This document shows positions 45,085 through 52,813 of a DNA stretch of 64,000 nucleotides, in pieces. Position 1 is the stretch's first letter; each line of letters begins with the position of its first letter. Below the pieces are notes generated by a model that did no database searches, was not told the origin of the DNA, and saw nothing but the letters and a program-made list of their open reading frames with translations. The translations under genes were made by a program, and so were the position numbers. This stretch comes from a virus (lineage: Duplodnaviria; Caudoviricetes): IMG/VR virus record IMGVR_UViG_3300025735_000004, positions 1-64,000 of that record. One strand, 5' to 3'.

Positions 45085-45711
45085 ATGAGCAAAAAACCGA
45101 TCGACCCCGCCCGACTGATCCCCGTCGAGCAACTGCCCGCCCTGCGCCAGCAGGCCGAGGAACAAGCCCACGTCAACGTCGACCGCCTGAACGCCAAGAC
45201 CCGCAGGGCGGCGACCTTGGGCGATGACGCGATGGAGATTGCCCGACTGCCCCTCAGTCAGCGCATTCGCTACAACAAACTGGTCAAACTGGTGGATGCG
45301 GCCAGCGCCGACATCATGCCGTTCACCGCCTGCCGCAAGGGGTGCAGCCACTGCTGCAACATCGCGGCGTTGATTTCCGATGTCGAAGCGCAGCGCATTG
45401 GCGAAGCGATCGGACGCAAACCGGTGAAGACCGGCGCGTTTCCGGCCGATGTCCCCGCGCTGCAGAAGAAATACTTTGGCGTGCCTTGCACCTTCTTGAA
45501 GGGCGGGCGCTGCTCGATCTACGAGGTTCGCCCGCTGGCCTGCCGGCTGCACTTCAGCATGGCCGACGACTCGTTCTTCTGTTCCACCGCGATCGCCCCG
45601 CAGAACAGCCTGGTGCCGGCGCTCAACCTGCAGGGCGTCGACCGGGCGCTGTTTATGATGACGCTCGGGTCGATGCACGCGGACATCCGCGACTTCTTTC
45701 CGAAGAGGTGA
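45085..45711 (+). CDS. YkgJ/FliB-like cysteine-cluster protein
   Basis: CRKGCSHCC, CTFL..GRCSIYEVRPLACR. Confidence 0.88.
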   Translation: MSKKPIDPARLIPVEQLPALRQQAEEQAHVNVDRLNAKTRRAATLGDDAMEIARLPLSQRIRYNKLVKLVDAASADIMPFTACRKGCSHCCNIAALISDVEAQRIGEAIGRKPVKTGAFPADVPALQKKYFGVPCTFLKGGRCSIYEVRPLACRLHFSMADDSFFCSTAIAPQNSLVPALNLQGVDRALFMMTLGSMHADIRDFFPKR

Positions 45712-45899
45712 GGGGAGGGGCAAAGGCCGTGTCTGTCCGCTCTGGCTAATCGCGCATCTTTCAGCGCGGTAGACGCAACCCCGTCCGTTCTGCGTGAGTG
45801 CCGGCTTATGGGGAGAATTCGTCCGGCAGCACCTTTGCCCCTCGCTACAACTCTAGGCCAACCTGTCCGGTCGAGCAAAGCACGCCGACAGGCGCTTTC

Positions 45900-45946
45900 C
45901 ATGAACTCATAATTCACTATTCACATATATGAATTGCGTATTCATG
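45900..45946 (+). repeat. Heptad array upstream of parA (putative operator/parS)
   Basis: CATGAAC/ACTCATA ATTCACT ATTCACA, then TATGAAT and ATTCATG; about 70 bp before the parA ATG. Confidence 0.8.
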
Positions 45947-46014
45947 GTGCGGACACTAGGCTCACCACCGGTACTGTGTACCAATGGGTTTTAAAACTGG
46001 TGAGGGCCTTTTTT

Positions 46015-46656
46015 ATGAACGTCGTAATTGGCAGCAACAAGGGCGGGGTCAGCAAGTCAACCACCTGCATGAATCTTGCGATTGGTCTGACGCTTAGAGG
46101 CAAGGACGTGATCGTGCTCGACGCCGATGGACAGGGGAGTAGCAACCGCTGGCACGACAACCGGGAAGCCGCCAAACGTCACCCGATGGTCCCGCTCGCA
46201 CAGAAATACGGGAACCTGGTGAACACCGTCACCAGCCTGGCCGACAAGTACGAGCATGTGTTGATCGACACGGCTGGGCACAACAGCGCGGAACTGATCA
46301 CGTCGATGTGCGTGGCGGATATTGTGATCGTCCCGCTCCATTGCAGTGATCTGGACATCGACACGCTCAAGCGGTTGCGCAAGCAATATGCCGAGATTTC
46401 GGCGTCGAACCCGAAGTTGCGCGTGCTGATCTATCAGACGTTCGGCACCACCCACTCCAAAGGCAGGATCACCGAGCGTGCGGAATTCCTCGAAGAACTG
46501 CTGGCGTACCCGGAGTTTGAAGTGCTGAACAGCGTCGGGCGCTACCGCAAAAGCTACATAGACTGCATCAAGAAGGGGCTGTCGGTGCTGGAGTCCCGCG
46601 ACATCGAAGCCAAACAAGAAATCAACGAATTACTAGACGAGGTGTTTTATGGCTAA
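46015..46656 (+). CDS. parA: ParA family partition ATPase (short type Ib)
   Basis: NKGGVSKST deviant Walker A, LDADGQGS, LIDTAGH, ADIVIVP; no N-terminal HTH; 213 aa. Confidence 0.93.
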   Translation: MNVVIGSNKGGVSKSTTCMNLAIGLTLRGKDVIVLDADGQGSSNRWHDNREAAKRHPMVPLAQKYGNLVNTVTSLADKYEHVLIDTAGHNSAELITSMCVADIVIVPLHCSDLDIDTLKRLRKQYAEISASNPKLRVLIYQTFGTTHSKGRITERAEFLEELLAYPEFEVLNSVGRYRKSYIDCIKKGLSVLESRDIEAKQEINELLDEVFYG

Positions 46657-46894
46657 GGCAGAGGCGGTGAAAACCACTGCGCAAATCGCTGGGGACTTGG
46701 CCAAACGCTTGGCCGGCGCGGTCGGGGACGGCGAGAAGGACATCCCGGCCTCGATCACCATCAGCTTACCGAAGTCAATGATCCGCGCACTGGAGGCCCG
46801 CCGTCTGGAGAACAAGGACGCCGCCGCCGGGCCGAAAACCATCAGCGGGCTGATCAAGGCCGCGCTGGAAAAAGACGGCTACGGGGTGCTGTGA
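46649..46894 (+). CDS. Putative RHH centromere-binding protein (ParG/omega-like)
   Basis: 81 aa overlapping the parA stop; flexible N-tail, then SITISL strand and two helices. Confidence 0.7.
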   Translation: MAKAEAVKTTAQIAGDLAKRLAGAVGDGEKDIPASITISLPKSMIRALEARRLENKDAAAGPKTISGLIKAALEKDGYGVL

Positions 46895-47346
46895 CCATGA
46901 ACCCGGGATTGAAGACACACATCATGGACGACATCGCCCGCAGCGGATTCACCACGCTCGCGTCGAACGACCCGGCAGGGTGGATCGCTCACACCGTGGG
47001 CTTGACCGACCGGGGGCACCCGGAAATCCTGATCAGTGGGCTGCGCGGGGATTACTGTCACAGGGTGTTCTGGACTGCCTATGAAGCGATCATGGAAGGC
47101 CGACACTTCAAGGCTGGGCAGTTGGACGACACGCTGGGCAACCTGACTTGCGCCTTCAAGACGCTGAGCCCGGCCGCGGCCAAAAAGTTCTGCGGGCAGG
47201 CGCAAGCGTTCTACGCCGGCACGTCGAAGACGCCGACCTTTGTGCAACTGGTGATGCCGGACAAGGAAGGGCACCTGCCGTGGCAGCCGGGCTACAACGC
47301 CGAACTGATGAAGGTGCAGCGCCATCTGTGGGTGCAGCTGCACTGA
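46891..47346 (+). CDS. DUF4262-like protein
   Basis: AHTVGLTDRGHPEILISGL; QLVMPDKEGHLPWQPGY. Confidence 0.75.
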   Translation: MTMNPGLKTHIMDDIARSGFTTLASNDPAGWIAHTVGLTDRGHPEILISGLRGDYCHRVFWTAYEAIMEGRHFKAGQLDDTLGNLTCAFKTLSPAAAKKFCGQAQAFYAGTSKTPTFVQLVMPDKEGHLPWQPGYNAELMKVQRHLWVQLH

Positions 47347-47410
47347 TCTTGCTGGCCATCTGCAACCAAGGCAATGTGTGGGGAGTATTCCAAAAACAAG
47401 GAAGCCCCCC

Positions 47411-47629
47411 ATGCGTGCTCCACGCCCCTCCCGCCGCATCACCTACGATCTTTTCCATGTGCAGGGCCTGTACGTTGGCCACGGCTGGGTGTCCCTGCTC
47501 AGTACCTTCGACCGCGACGAAGCGGACGCCTGCCTGCGCAAGCAGCGCGCCAAGAACCCGCTGGTCACCTACCGGATTGAACCCCAGCGCGTGCGCAGCA
47601 AGACCGTGCAAACCGTGGGGCTCAGCTGA
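47411..47629 (+). CDS. Hypothetical protein
   Basis: 72 aa from ATG 47411. Confidence 0.55.
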   Translation: MRAPRPSRRITYDLFHVQGLYVGHGWVSLLSTFDRDEADACLRKQRAKNPLVTYRIEPQRVRSKTVQTVGLS

Positions 47630-47883
47630 TGGCGGCCCGGTATAGCGCAGTTGACGCCGTGCTGCTGATCGTCCTCGCCGCCCGCATCCACAAGACCGAC
47701 GCCGCCGTGCGCACCGTGGCCCGCAATATCGTCAAGCAGTTGCCGGTTGCTGACCGCCCCGGCGTGCGCAAGATCATGACCAGCCGGTACCCGCTACGAG
47801 TGGCCGAACTGCTGCTCGACTGCTGGGCGCTGGTGCATGGCGAAGAACCACCCCAACCACCCGACAAGGGAGCGACACCATGA
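47629..47883 (+). CDS. Hypothetical protein
   Basis: 84 aa, coupled to neighbours. Confidence 0.65.
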   Translation: MAARYSAVDAVLLIVLAARIHKTDAAVRTVARNIVKQLPVADRPGVRKIMTSRYPLRVAELLLDCWALVHGEEPPQPPDKGATP

Positions 47884-48359
47884 AACGTGACATCCAACCA
47901 CCTACCCATGAACAAGCCTGCGCCGTGCTGCGCTTCGCCAAAAGCAACGGGCTCGCCTGGAAACGCGCCTTGGCTGAACACTGGATGAACGAGTGTTCAG
48001 CGCACCGCCTGACCGACGCCGACCGGGCGCTGCTGCGCCAGGCGCGCAACCAGTGCGGCCCGCTGTGGCTGGAACAGGTCCGAGTGCCAGAGCTGACCGC
48101 GACCTGTGTGCTGCCCACCATGAAGGTCTGCGCGATCCTTGCGAAAACCCACTACGGGGTGACGCCCGCTGACCTGGGCATTGAAGACCGCGAGCTGATC
48201 GCCTGCATCCTGGAAGGGGAGAGCCTGGTGGAGGTGATCAACCGGCCGGCGCAGAAGTACGAACTGGCCCGCCTCGACAAGTCGCAATGGGGCGTACCCT
48301 CCACCGACCCGCTCAACGACGAGGATCTGGCCGCCGCGATCGCGCAAGTTAACGCCTGA
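47880..48359 (+). CDS. Hypothetical protein
   Basis: 159 aa; WKRALAEHWM...LRQARNQCGPLWL motif. Confidence 0.7.
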   Translation: MKRDIQPPTHEQACAVLRFAKSNGLAWKRALAEHWMNECSAHRLTDADRALLRQARNQCGPLWLEQVRVPELTATCVLPTMKVCAILAKTHYGVTPADLGIEDRELIACILEGESLVEVINRPAQKYELARLDKSQWGVPSTDPLNDEDLAAAIAQVNA

Positions 48360-48438
48360 TTTATGGCTTTCTAACATCGGGTTTGGGAACCCCGACTATC
48401 GTTAAATAACGAAGTCGCAAGTTGATCGGAGAATCGAC

Positions 48439-48690
48439 GTGCATGTAGTCAGTAAAAAGCGGTGGCAGATCGAGACAGGCTGTGTCGACTTCACCGAAAC
48501 CGTCATTCAATGCGCCGATTTCCCTGCTGTGCTGGCCGCGCTTACCGGCTACCGCCTGCAGAACGGAGCACCCCCTGTAGATCCGCGAATCTTGTTCGGG
48601 TTATTTGACCCGAAGGTTCAAACCTGCCCGGTCGCCCTGTGGGCCACCGATGGGCTGGCGGACAGCGTCACGATCCACCGGCTGCACTAG
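48439..48690 (+). CDS. Hypothetical protein
   Basis: 83 aa, GTG start after GGAG. Confidence 0.5.
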   Translation: MHVVSKKRWQIETGCVDFTETVIQCADFPAVLAALTGYRLQNGAPPVDPRILFGLFDPKVQTCPVALWATDGLADSVTIHRLH

Positions 48691-48719
48691 GACATAACTA
48701 AACGGCTGAATGATCAGCC

Positions 48720-49265
48720 TTGGAGCCTGAAATGTTCATGATGAATCCATTGGTTTGCGTGGAACCCCCAGTCATTTCCTCCCCAGTCACCCCCCGCGCC
48801 GGCACGGCCACGCCGTTGACCCTGCGCTTCCTGCGGCGAACCTTGCCGTGCGGAACCGAGATTTTGGGGGTGGCAGTGCAGGTCAAGCATCGTGAACTGA
48901 TGTACAGCATCGTGGCCCTGCCCGGGTTTGAAGGTGGCGGCAGGGATGCGGAAGGCTCAATGATGCCGCGCAGTGTGAGCGCGGCCTACACCCCGAAGCT
49001 CTACAACCCGGAGAGCCAGGCACAGGAACCGGTATGGCCGCCCCTGCTGCCGACCATGCGCCTGGTCAACGGTCATGAGTACACCGACTGGCAGTTCCCG
49101 GAAACCTCGCTGACTCGCCGCCTGGAACGCACCTACGCCGCCGCCGAGCCGCTGCTGCGCCAGCTGTGCAACCTGATTCAGGTCAAGCTGGTCAAGGGCT
49201 CACGCAAACAGGTGTCCACCACCGTGCTGGTTGAACGGATCAACGAACTGTTGGCCAACGCATGA
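48720..49265 (+). CDS. Hypothetical protein
   Basis: About 178-181 aa; start uncertain. Confidence 0.6.
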   Translation: MEPEMFMMNPLVCVEPPVISSPVTPRAGTATPLTLRFLRRTLPCGTEILGVAVQVKHRELMYSIVALPGFEGGGRDAEGSMMPRSVSAAYTPKLYNPESQAQEPVWPPLLPTMRLVNGHEYTDWQFPETSLTRRLERTYAAAEPLLRQLCNLIQVKLVKGSRKQVSTTVLVERINELLANA

Positions 49266-49274
49266 GGGCTGGGT

Positions 49275-49493
49275 ATGTTCTGGATTCTGCAAGCCAAGAC
49301 GTTCCTGGAAGCCTGGTGGGCCAAGCTATTCGCGCTGCGCGATAACTACTACCTGGTCACCCTGGAACAGCCCAACGGGACACGTCGACAGGTGCCGGTG
49401 ATGGCCGTCGACGCTGACGCGGCCTACATCTGGCTGGGCCAGCACTACCCGGCAGACGACGTGATCGACGTGCAGCTGCAGAAATGGGGATGA
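49275..49493 (+). CDS. Hypothetical protein
   Basis: 72 aa. Confidence 0.6.
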   Translation: MFWILQAKTFLEAWWAKLFALRDNYYLVTLEQPNGTRRQVPVMAVDADAAYIWLGQHYPADDVIDVQLQKWG

Positions 49494-49891
49494 GCGCCAT
49501 GGGGTATCCGTCACGCAACCAGCTCGACCTGTTTCCGCAGCCCGGGAACTACGAGGAAGTCCACGGCGACCTCTACGACCGGCGCACCGGCAAGCGGTTG
49601 CGCACCGGTTACCGTGACGTGTTCTACCAGATCAGCGACGGGCATCAGCTGCGCGCCACGCTGCGGTTTCTGGAGGACGCCGTGGAAGGCCGGCGCTTCG
49701 TCTGCATCACCGACGAAGGCCGGGCGATCTGCCGGCACTGCATGCGCTCGATGCTGCGTGACCTGCTCTTTGGCCTGCGCCACCCGGAGAGTTACCTGCT
49801 CCGGGTGGTGTCCACCGAACCACGGTACTCAGAACCGCTGTGTTGCGATTGCTGCGACGACGAAATACCCCCGATCGAGGACCGGCCATGA
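49490..49891 (+). CDS. Cys-containing hypothetical protein
   Basis: 133 aa; CRHC and CCDCC motifs. Confidence 0.65.
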   Translation: MSAMGYPSRNQLDLFPQPGNYEEVHGDLYDRRTGKRLRTGYRDVFYQISDGHQLRATLRFLEDAVEGRRFVCITDEGRAICRHCMRSMLRDLLFGLRHPESYLLRVVSTEPRYSEPLCCDCCDDEIPPIEDRP

Positions 49892-50157
49892 ACGCACCCC
49901 CGCTACCTGCGCAGATCCTCACCGCCTGTCGAAAAGCTCGCGGGGAGGGGCAGTTCCTGGACATCGACTTTATGCTGCCCTCGGTGCTGTATAACCGCGG
50001 CGCCGGCACCGAGTTCCACTTTCGGGAAGAGGGGGCACAGACCCTGTTCGACCGCTACCGCCCGGTGGCTGAACAGACCGGCCTGCCTATGAAGGACGTG
50101 TTGCTGTGGGCTGCGCAGGAGTGGGACCTAAGCGGCAGCAAGCTAACACTGGGCTGA
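49888..50157 (+). CDS. Hypothetical protein
   Basis: 89 aa, ATGA overlap. Confidence 0.6.
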   Translation: MNAPPLPAQILTACRKARGEGQFLDIDFMLPSVLYNRGAGTEFHFREEGAQTLFDRYRPVAEQTGLPMKDVLLWAAQEWDLSGSKLTLG

Positions 50158-50318
50158 CCTAACTCAAGAGAAGGGAAACTAGCGGCGAAGTGTAGTCGAA
50201 GTTTTCGCCTGCGCGAGTTTGATGGCGTTTTGTTGTCAAGGGGTTGATATTATTTTAAATGATAGGCACCTTACAGCTCACGGACTGACTGGCAACACAA
50301 CAATTAGGAGCCAAACGA

Positions 50319-50936
50319 ATGGCTTTAAATGCGGGATCAGGATTTAGCAAGCTGGCACAAATGGACTCTCAGATACAGGCGGTGATAGCTGCCTACGTTG
50401 AAGAACCGACCCCCAAACACCAGCCCTTCGTCTCCAAGAAAAAAGAAGCTCGACGCCAGCGAGAGGCCAAGGAGCGAGAGCTAGCCGCGCTCCGTGACGC
50501 CCCATTAGAAGAGTTAATTTTTTCAACGCCCGCCCCTGATCAGCAGCTAACGCTAGCCGCTAAGCAGCAAGCCGAGCGCGATGAACTTGAACAACAGATG
50601 CGCTTAGCATTGGGCATCGACAGCATTACTCCCGCTAGCGTTACCCCACCGAAACCTAAAGCGAAAGCCGCTATCAAGCCGCTAATTGCTAAGCCTAGTG
50701 CTCCGGTTCCGGTAAAACCCCGCGTTGAATTTAGTTTGCTCAAACGTAGCATCGAAGTGCTGTTGCGCATCCGCCGGCCGGACGGTCTGGAACTGCCGTT
50801 CTTTCACGCAGAGTCCCACGGTAGCCAGCTAGAAGCCGAGCTGGCAGCGGGCCGCAAGGCGCGGGGCTATGGCTTCAAGGTGCTCGCCACGATCAAGATC
50901 AGCATCAAAGAAGAAGTCTGCGAACACCACGCTTAA
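50319..50936 (+). CDS. Hypothetical protein (Pro/Lys-rich linker, small C-terminal domain)
   Basis: 205 aa, AGGAG RBS, atypical codon usage. Confidence 0.7.
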   Translation: MALNAGSGFSKLAQMDSQIQAVIAAYVEEPTPKHQPFVSKKKEARRQREAKERELAALRDAPLEELIFSTPAPDQQLTLAAKQQAERDELEQQMRLALGIDSITPASVTPPKPKAKAAIKPLIAKPSAPVPVKPRVEFSLLKRSIEVLLRIRRPDGLELPFFHAESHGSQLEAELAAGRKARGYGFKVLATIKISIKEEVCEHHA

Positions 50937-50950
50937 CAATTAAATCCTGT

Positions 50951-50982
50951 ACCGGGCTGCCGTTTTGGCAGCCCGTTTTATT
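50951..50982 (+). terminator. Rho-independent terminator
   Basis: ACGGGCTGCC-gtttt-GGCAGCCCGT stem followed by TTTATTT. Confidence 0.75.
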
Positions 50983-51002
50983 TGAGTAGTTAGGAATCGG
51001 TC

Positions 51003-51371
51003 ATGTCTAAACTTGCAGAGTTCCGCGCTGCGGAAGAACAGCTGGGCAAACAACTGGCGGCCTTGGAAGAATTACGAAACGACATCGGCCTCAAGCGTGA
51101 ATTGGAATTTGATTCGGCGTTGAAACGCCTGATGGCAGACTACGGCGTGAGCGGCGAAACAGTGGCGATTCTCGTGGGTGTAGAGTCTCGACCTGCGGCA
51201 GGTAAAGCCACTGGGGGCAAGCGCAAAGTTAACAACCGGGAGGCGGCCAAGACGTTCCTAAACCCGCACACCGGCGAGAGCCTGACGATCAAACGCCTGA
51301 CCAATTCTAAGTACAAAGAATGGGCTGCGAAGTACGGCGAAGTCATCGTACACACCTGGCTGCAAGACTAA
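51003..51371 (+). CDS. MvaT/TurA-like H-NS family protein (copy 1)
   Basis: MSKLAEFRAAEEQL...ELEF..LKRLMADY N-domain; NPHTGE...KEWAAKYG C-domain. Confidence 0.88.
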   Translation: MSKLAEFRAAEEQLGKQLAALEELRNDIGLKRELEFDSALKRLMADYGVSGETVAILVGVESRPAAGKATGGKRKVNNREAAKTFLNPHTGESLTIKRLTNSKYKEWAAKYGEVIVHTWLQD

Positions 51372-51403
51372 TTCCGGCGCTAACTTAATACTAAGGAAGT
51401 AAT

Positions 51404-51811
51404 ATGTTTGAGAAATTCGCCGAGTACACTGCGGCAGAGTTAGCGCTGGCTAAACAAGTTACCGCCCTCGAAGAACTCAAGAACGACCCCGAGCTAAAGC
51501 AGGAGTTAGAGTTCAGCTTTGAGTTAGAGGCCTTGCTGTCCAAGTATTCGTTCAGCAAATCCAAGCTGTACGGCTTCCTTGAGGCGCAGTACGGGGCCGC
51601 CAAGGCCGCTGAAACGAAGGCGCCTAGCCCGGCTAAAGCTGGCAAAGCGAGCAAGGAAAAGGCGGGGTATGAAGGGCATAAAGACAAGCTCTGGACCAAC
51701 CCGCATACCGGGGAAGCCGTGAAGTCCAGACGCCGCGACCACAAGACCATCTTGGGGTGGATCGAAAAGCATGGCCTAGAAGAGGTCTTGACCTGGATGA
51801 AGCGGCTCTGA
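51404..51811 (+). CDS. MvaT/TurA-like H-NS family protein (copy 2)
   Basis: LEELKNDPELKQELEF..LEALLSKY; NPHTGE...HKTILGWIEKHG. Confidence 0.88.
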   Translation: MFEKFAEYTAAELALAKQVTALEELKNDPELKQELEFSFELEALLSKYSFSKSKLYGFLEAQYGAAKAAETKAPSPAKAGKASKEKAGYEGHKDKLWTNPHTGEAVKSRRRDHKTILGWIEKHGLEEVLTWMKRL

Positions 51812-52041
51812 TGGAAACGGATGACTACATGGCCATCTGGACGGTGTACCTGCGCCCGGCAAACCACCCCGAGATTTACATCGCCCACAAAGAGCTGATT
51901 GGTAAGGGGCATGTGATCAAAACCGGGGTCACTTTAGCGGCAGAAACTCTGGACGCCGTGCGCGACAAACTGCCCTTTGGCCTGATCCTTTTTTGCCGAG
52001 CGGAAAGTGACGCCCCCGACATCGTGGAGAGCTGGTTATGA
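51811..52041 (+). CDS. Small conserved phage protein
   Basis: 76 aa; IWTVY.RP..HP...D.PDIVESWL. Confidence 0.65.
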   Translation: METDDYMAIWTVYLRPANHPEIYIAHKELIGKGHVIKTGVTLAAETLDAVRDKLPFGLILFCRAESDAPDIVESWL

Positions 52042-52472
52042 GCGACATCGATGCGCTGCTGGCCCGCGCCCGCGCCGCGTTGCAGAGGCCGGAACCCACG
52101 GTAACCCCGTTATTTCGGACCCTGCCCAAAGAGGTGCCGGTGCCGATCCCGCGCAGCAACTACGGCGGCGGAAACTCCCGGGATGCGGACAAGTTCGTGG
52201 TGCGCATGCCGGATGACATGCGCGAGCGCATGGCGCGCTTCTCCCGCCTGCATTTCCGCAGCATGAACTCGGAATGTCTGGTGGCGATGGAGTGGTGGAT
52301 GGATCGGCAGGCGCTGATGTGGACGATGTTGCAGGCCACCGAGCGCGAGCTGGCCATTCAGGAAAGCATCAGCAAGGGTGCCACCGAGACGGCGCTGGAC
52401 CTATGGGCCGAGCGCCATCCCGAGGCGAAGGAAACGATCGAGCAGCTGCGTGCGCTGCTCTACGTGGACTAG
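52038..52472 (+). CDS. Arc/AmrZ(AlgZ)-like RHH transcription factor
   Basis: SRDADKFVVRMPDDMRERMARFSRLHFRSMNSE resembles the AmrZ RHH core (ADKFVVRLP...RSMNSE). Confidence 0.88.
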   Translation: MSDIDALLARARAALQRPEPTVTPLFRTLPKEVPVPIPRSNYGGGNSRDADKFVVRMPDDMRERMARFSRLHFRSMNSECLVAMEWWMDRQALMWTMLQATERELAIQESISKGATETALDLWAERHPEAKETIEQLRALLYVD

Positions 52473-52524
52473 TCGGTGGACGCACTGCGTTCCGCAACCT
52501 GCGTGCGCAGTGCGTCGGCCTGTT

Positions 52525-52640
52525 GGTCATTGAGGAAGCCGTGAAACAGCAGGAACTGGATGCAGGTCTGCGCCCGGCCAGTGTTCGAATTACTCTCCCA
52601 CGCGCCATTGGTGGCGTGCGCTTCTGGCCACGGCTTGACC
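52525..52640 (+). ncRNA. Candidate tRNA-like structured RNA
   Basis: Closing stem GGTCA..AGCCGTG / CACGGCT-TGACC enclosing D-like, anticodon-like and GTTCGAAT T-like arms. Confidence 0.35.
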
Positions 52641-52813
52641 TTCTTCGCTTGGACAGGGATAGGGGGGTTGCTCACGGCGTTCTCCAGGCCCACAACGGGC
52701 TCAGCTGAAAAGAGGGAAGGGCACAAGCCCATCCTAAGTGTGGCAGGGAATCCAGAATCCCAAACCTCTGAACTACGCTCAGGTGATCTAAGACGCCCGA
52801 GAAGAGGTGCCCG

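Noticed and set aside
52540-52606. Canonical tRNA gene
   Set aside because: The acceptor stem does not pair and the anticodon loop lacks the U33/purine-37 pattern; retained only as a tRNA-like candidate.
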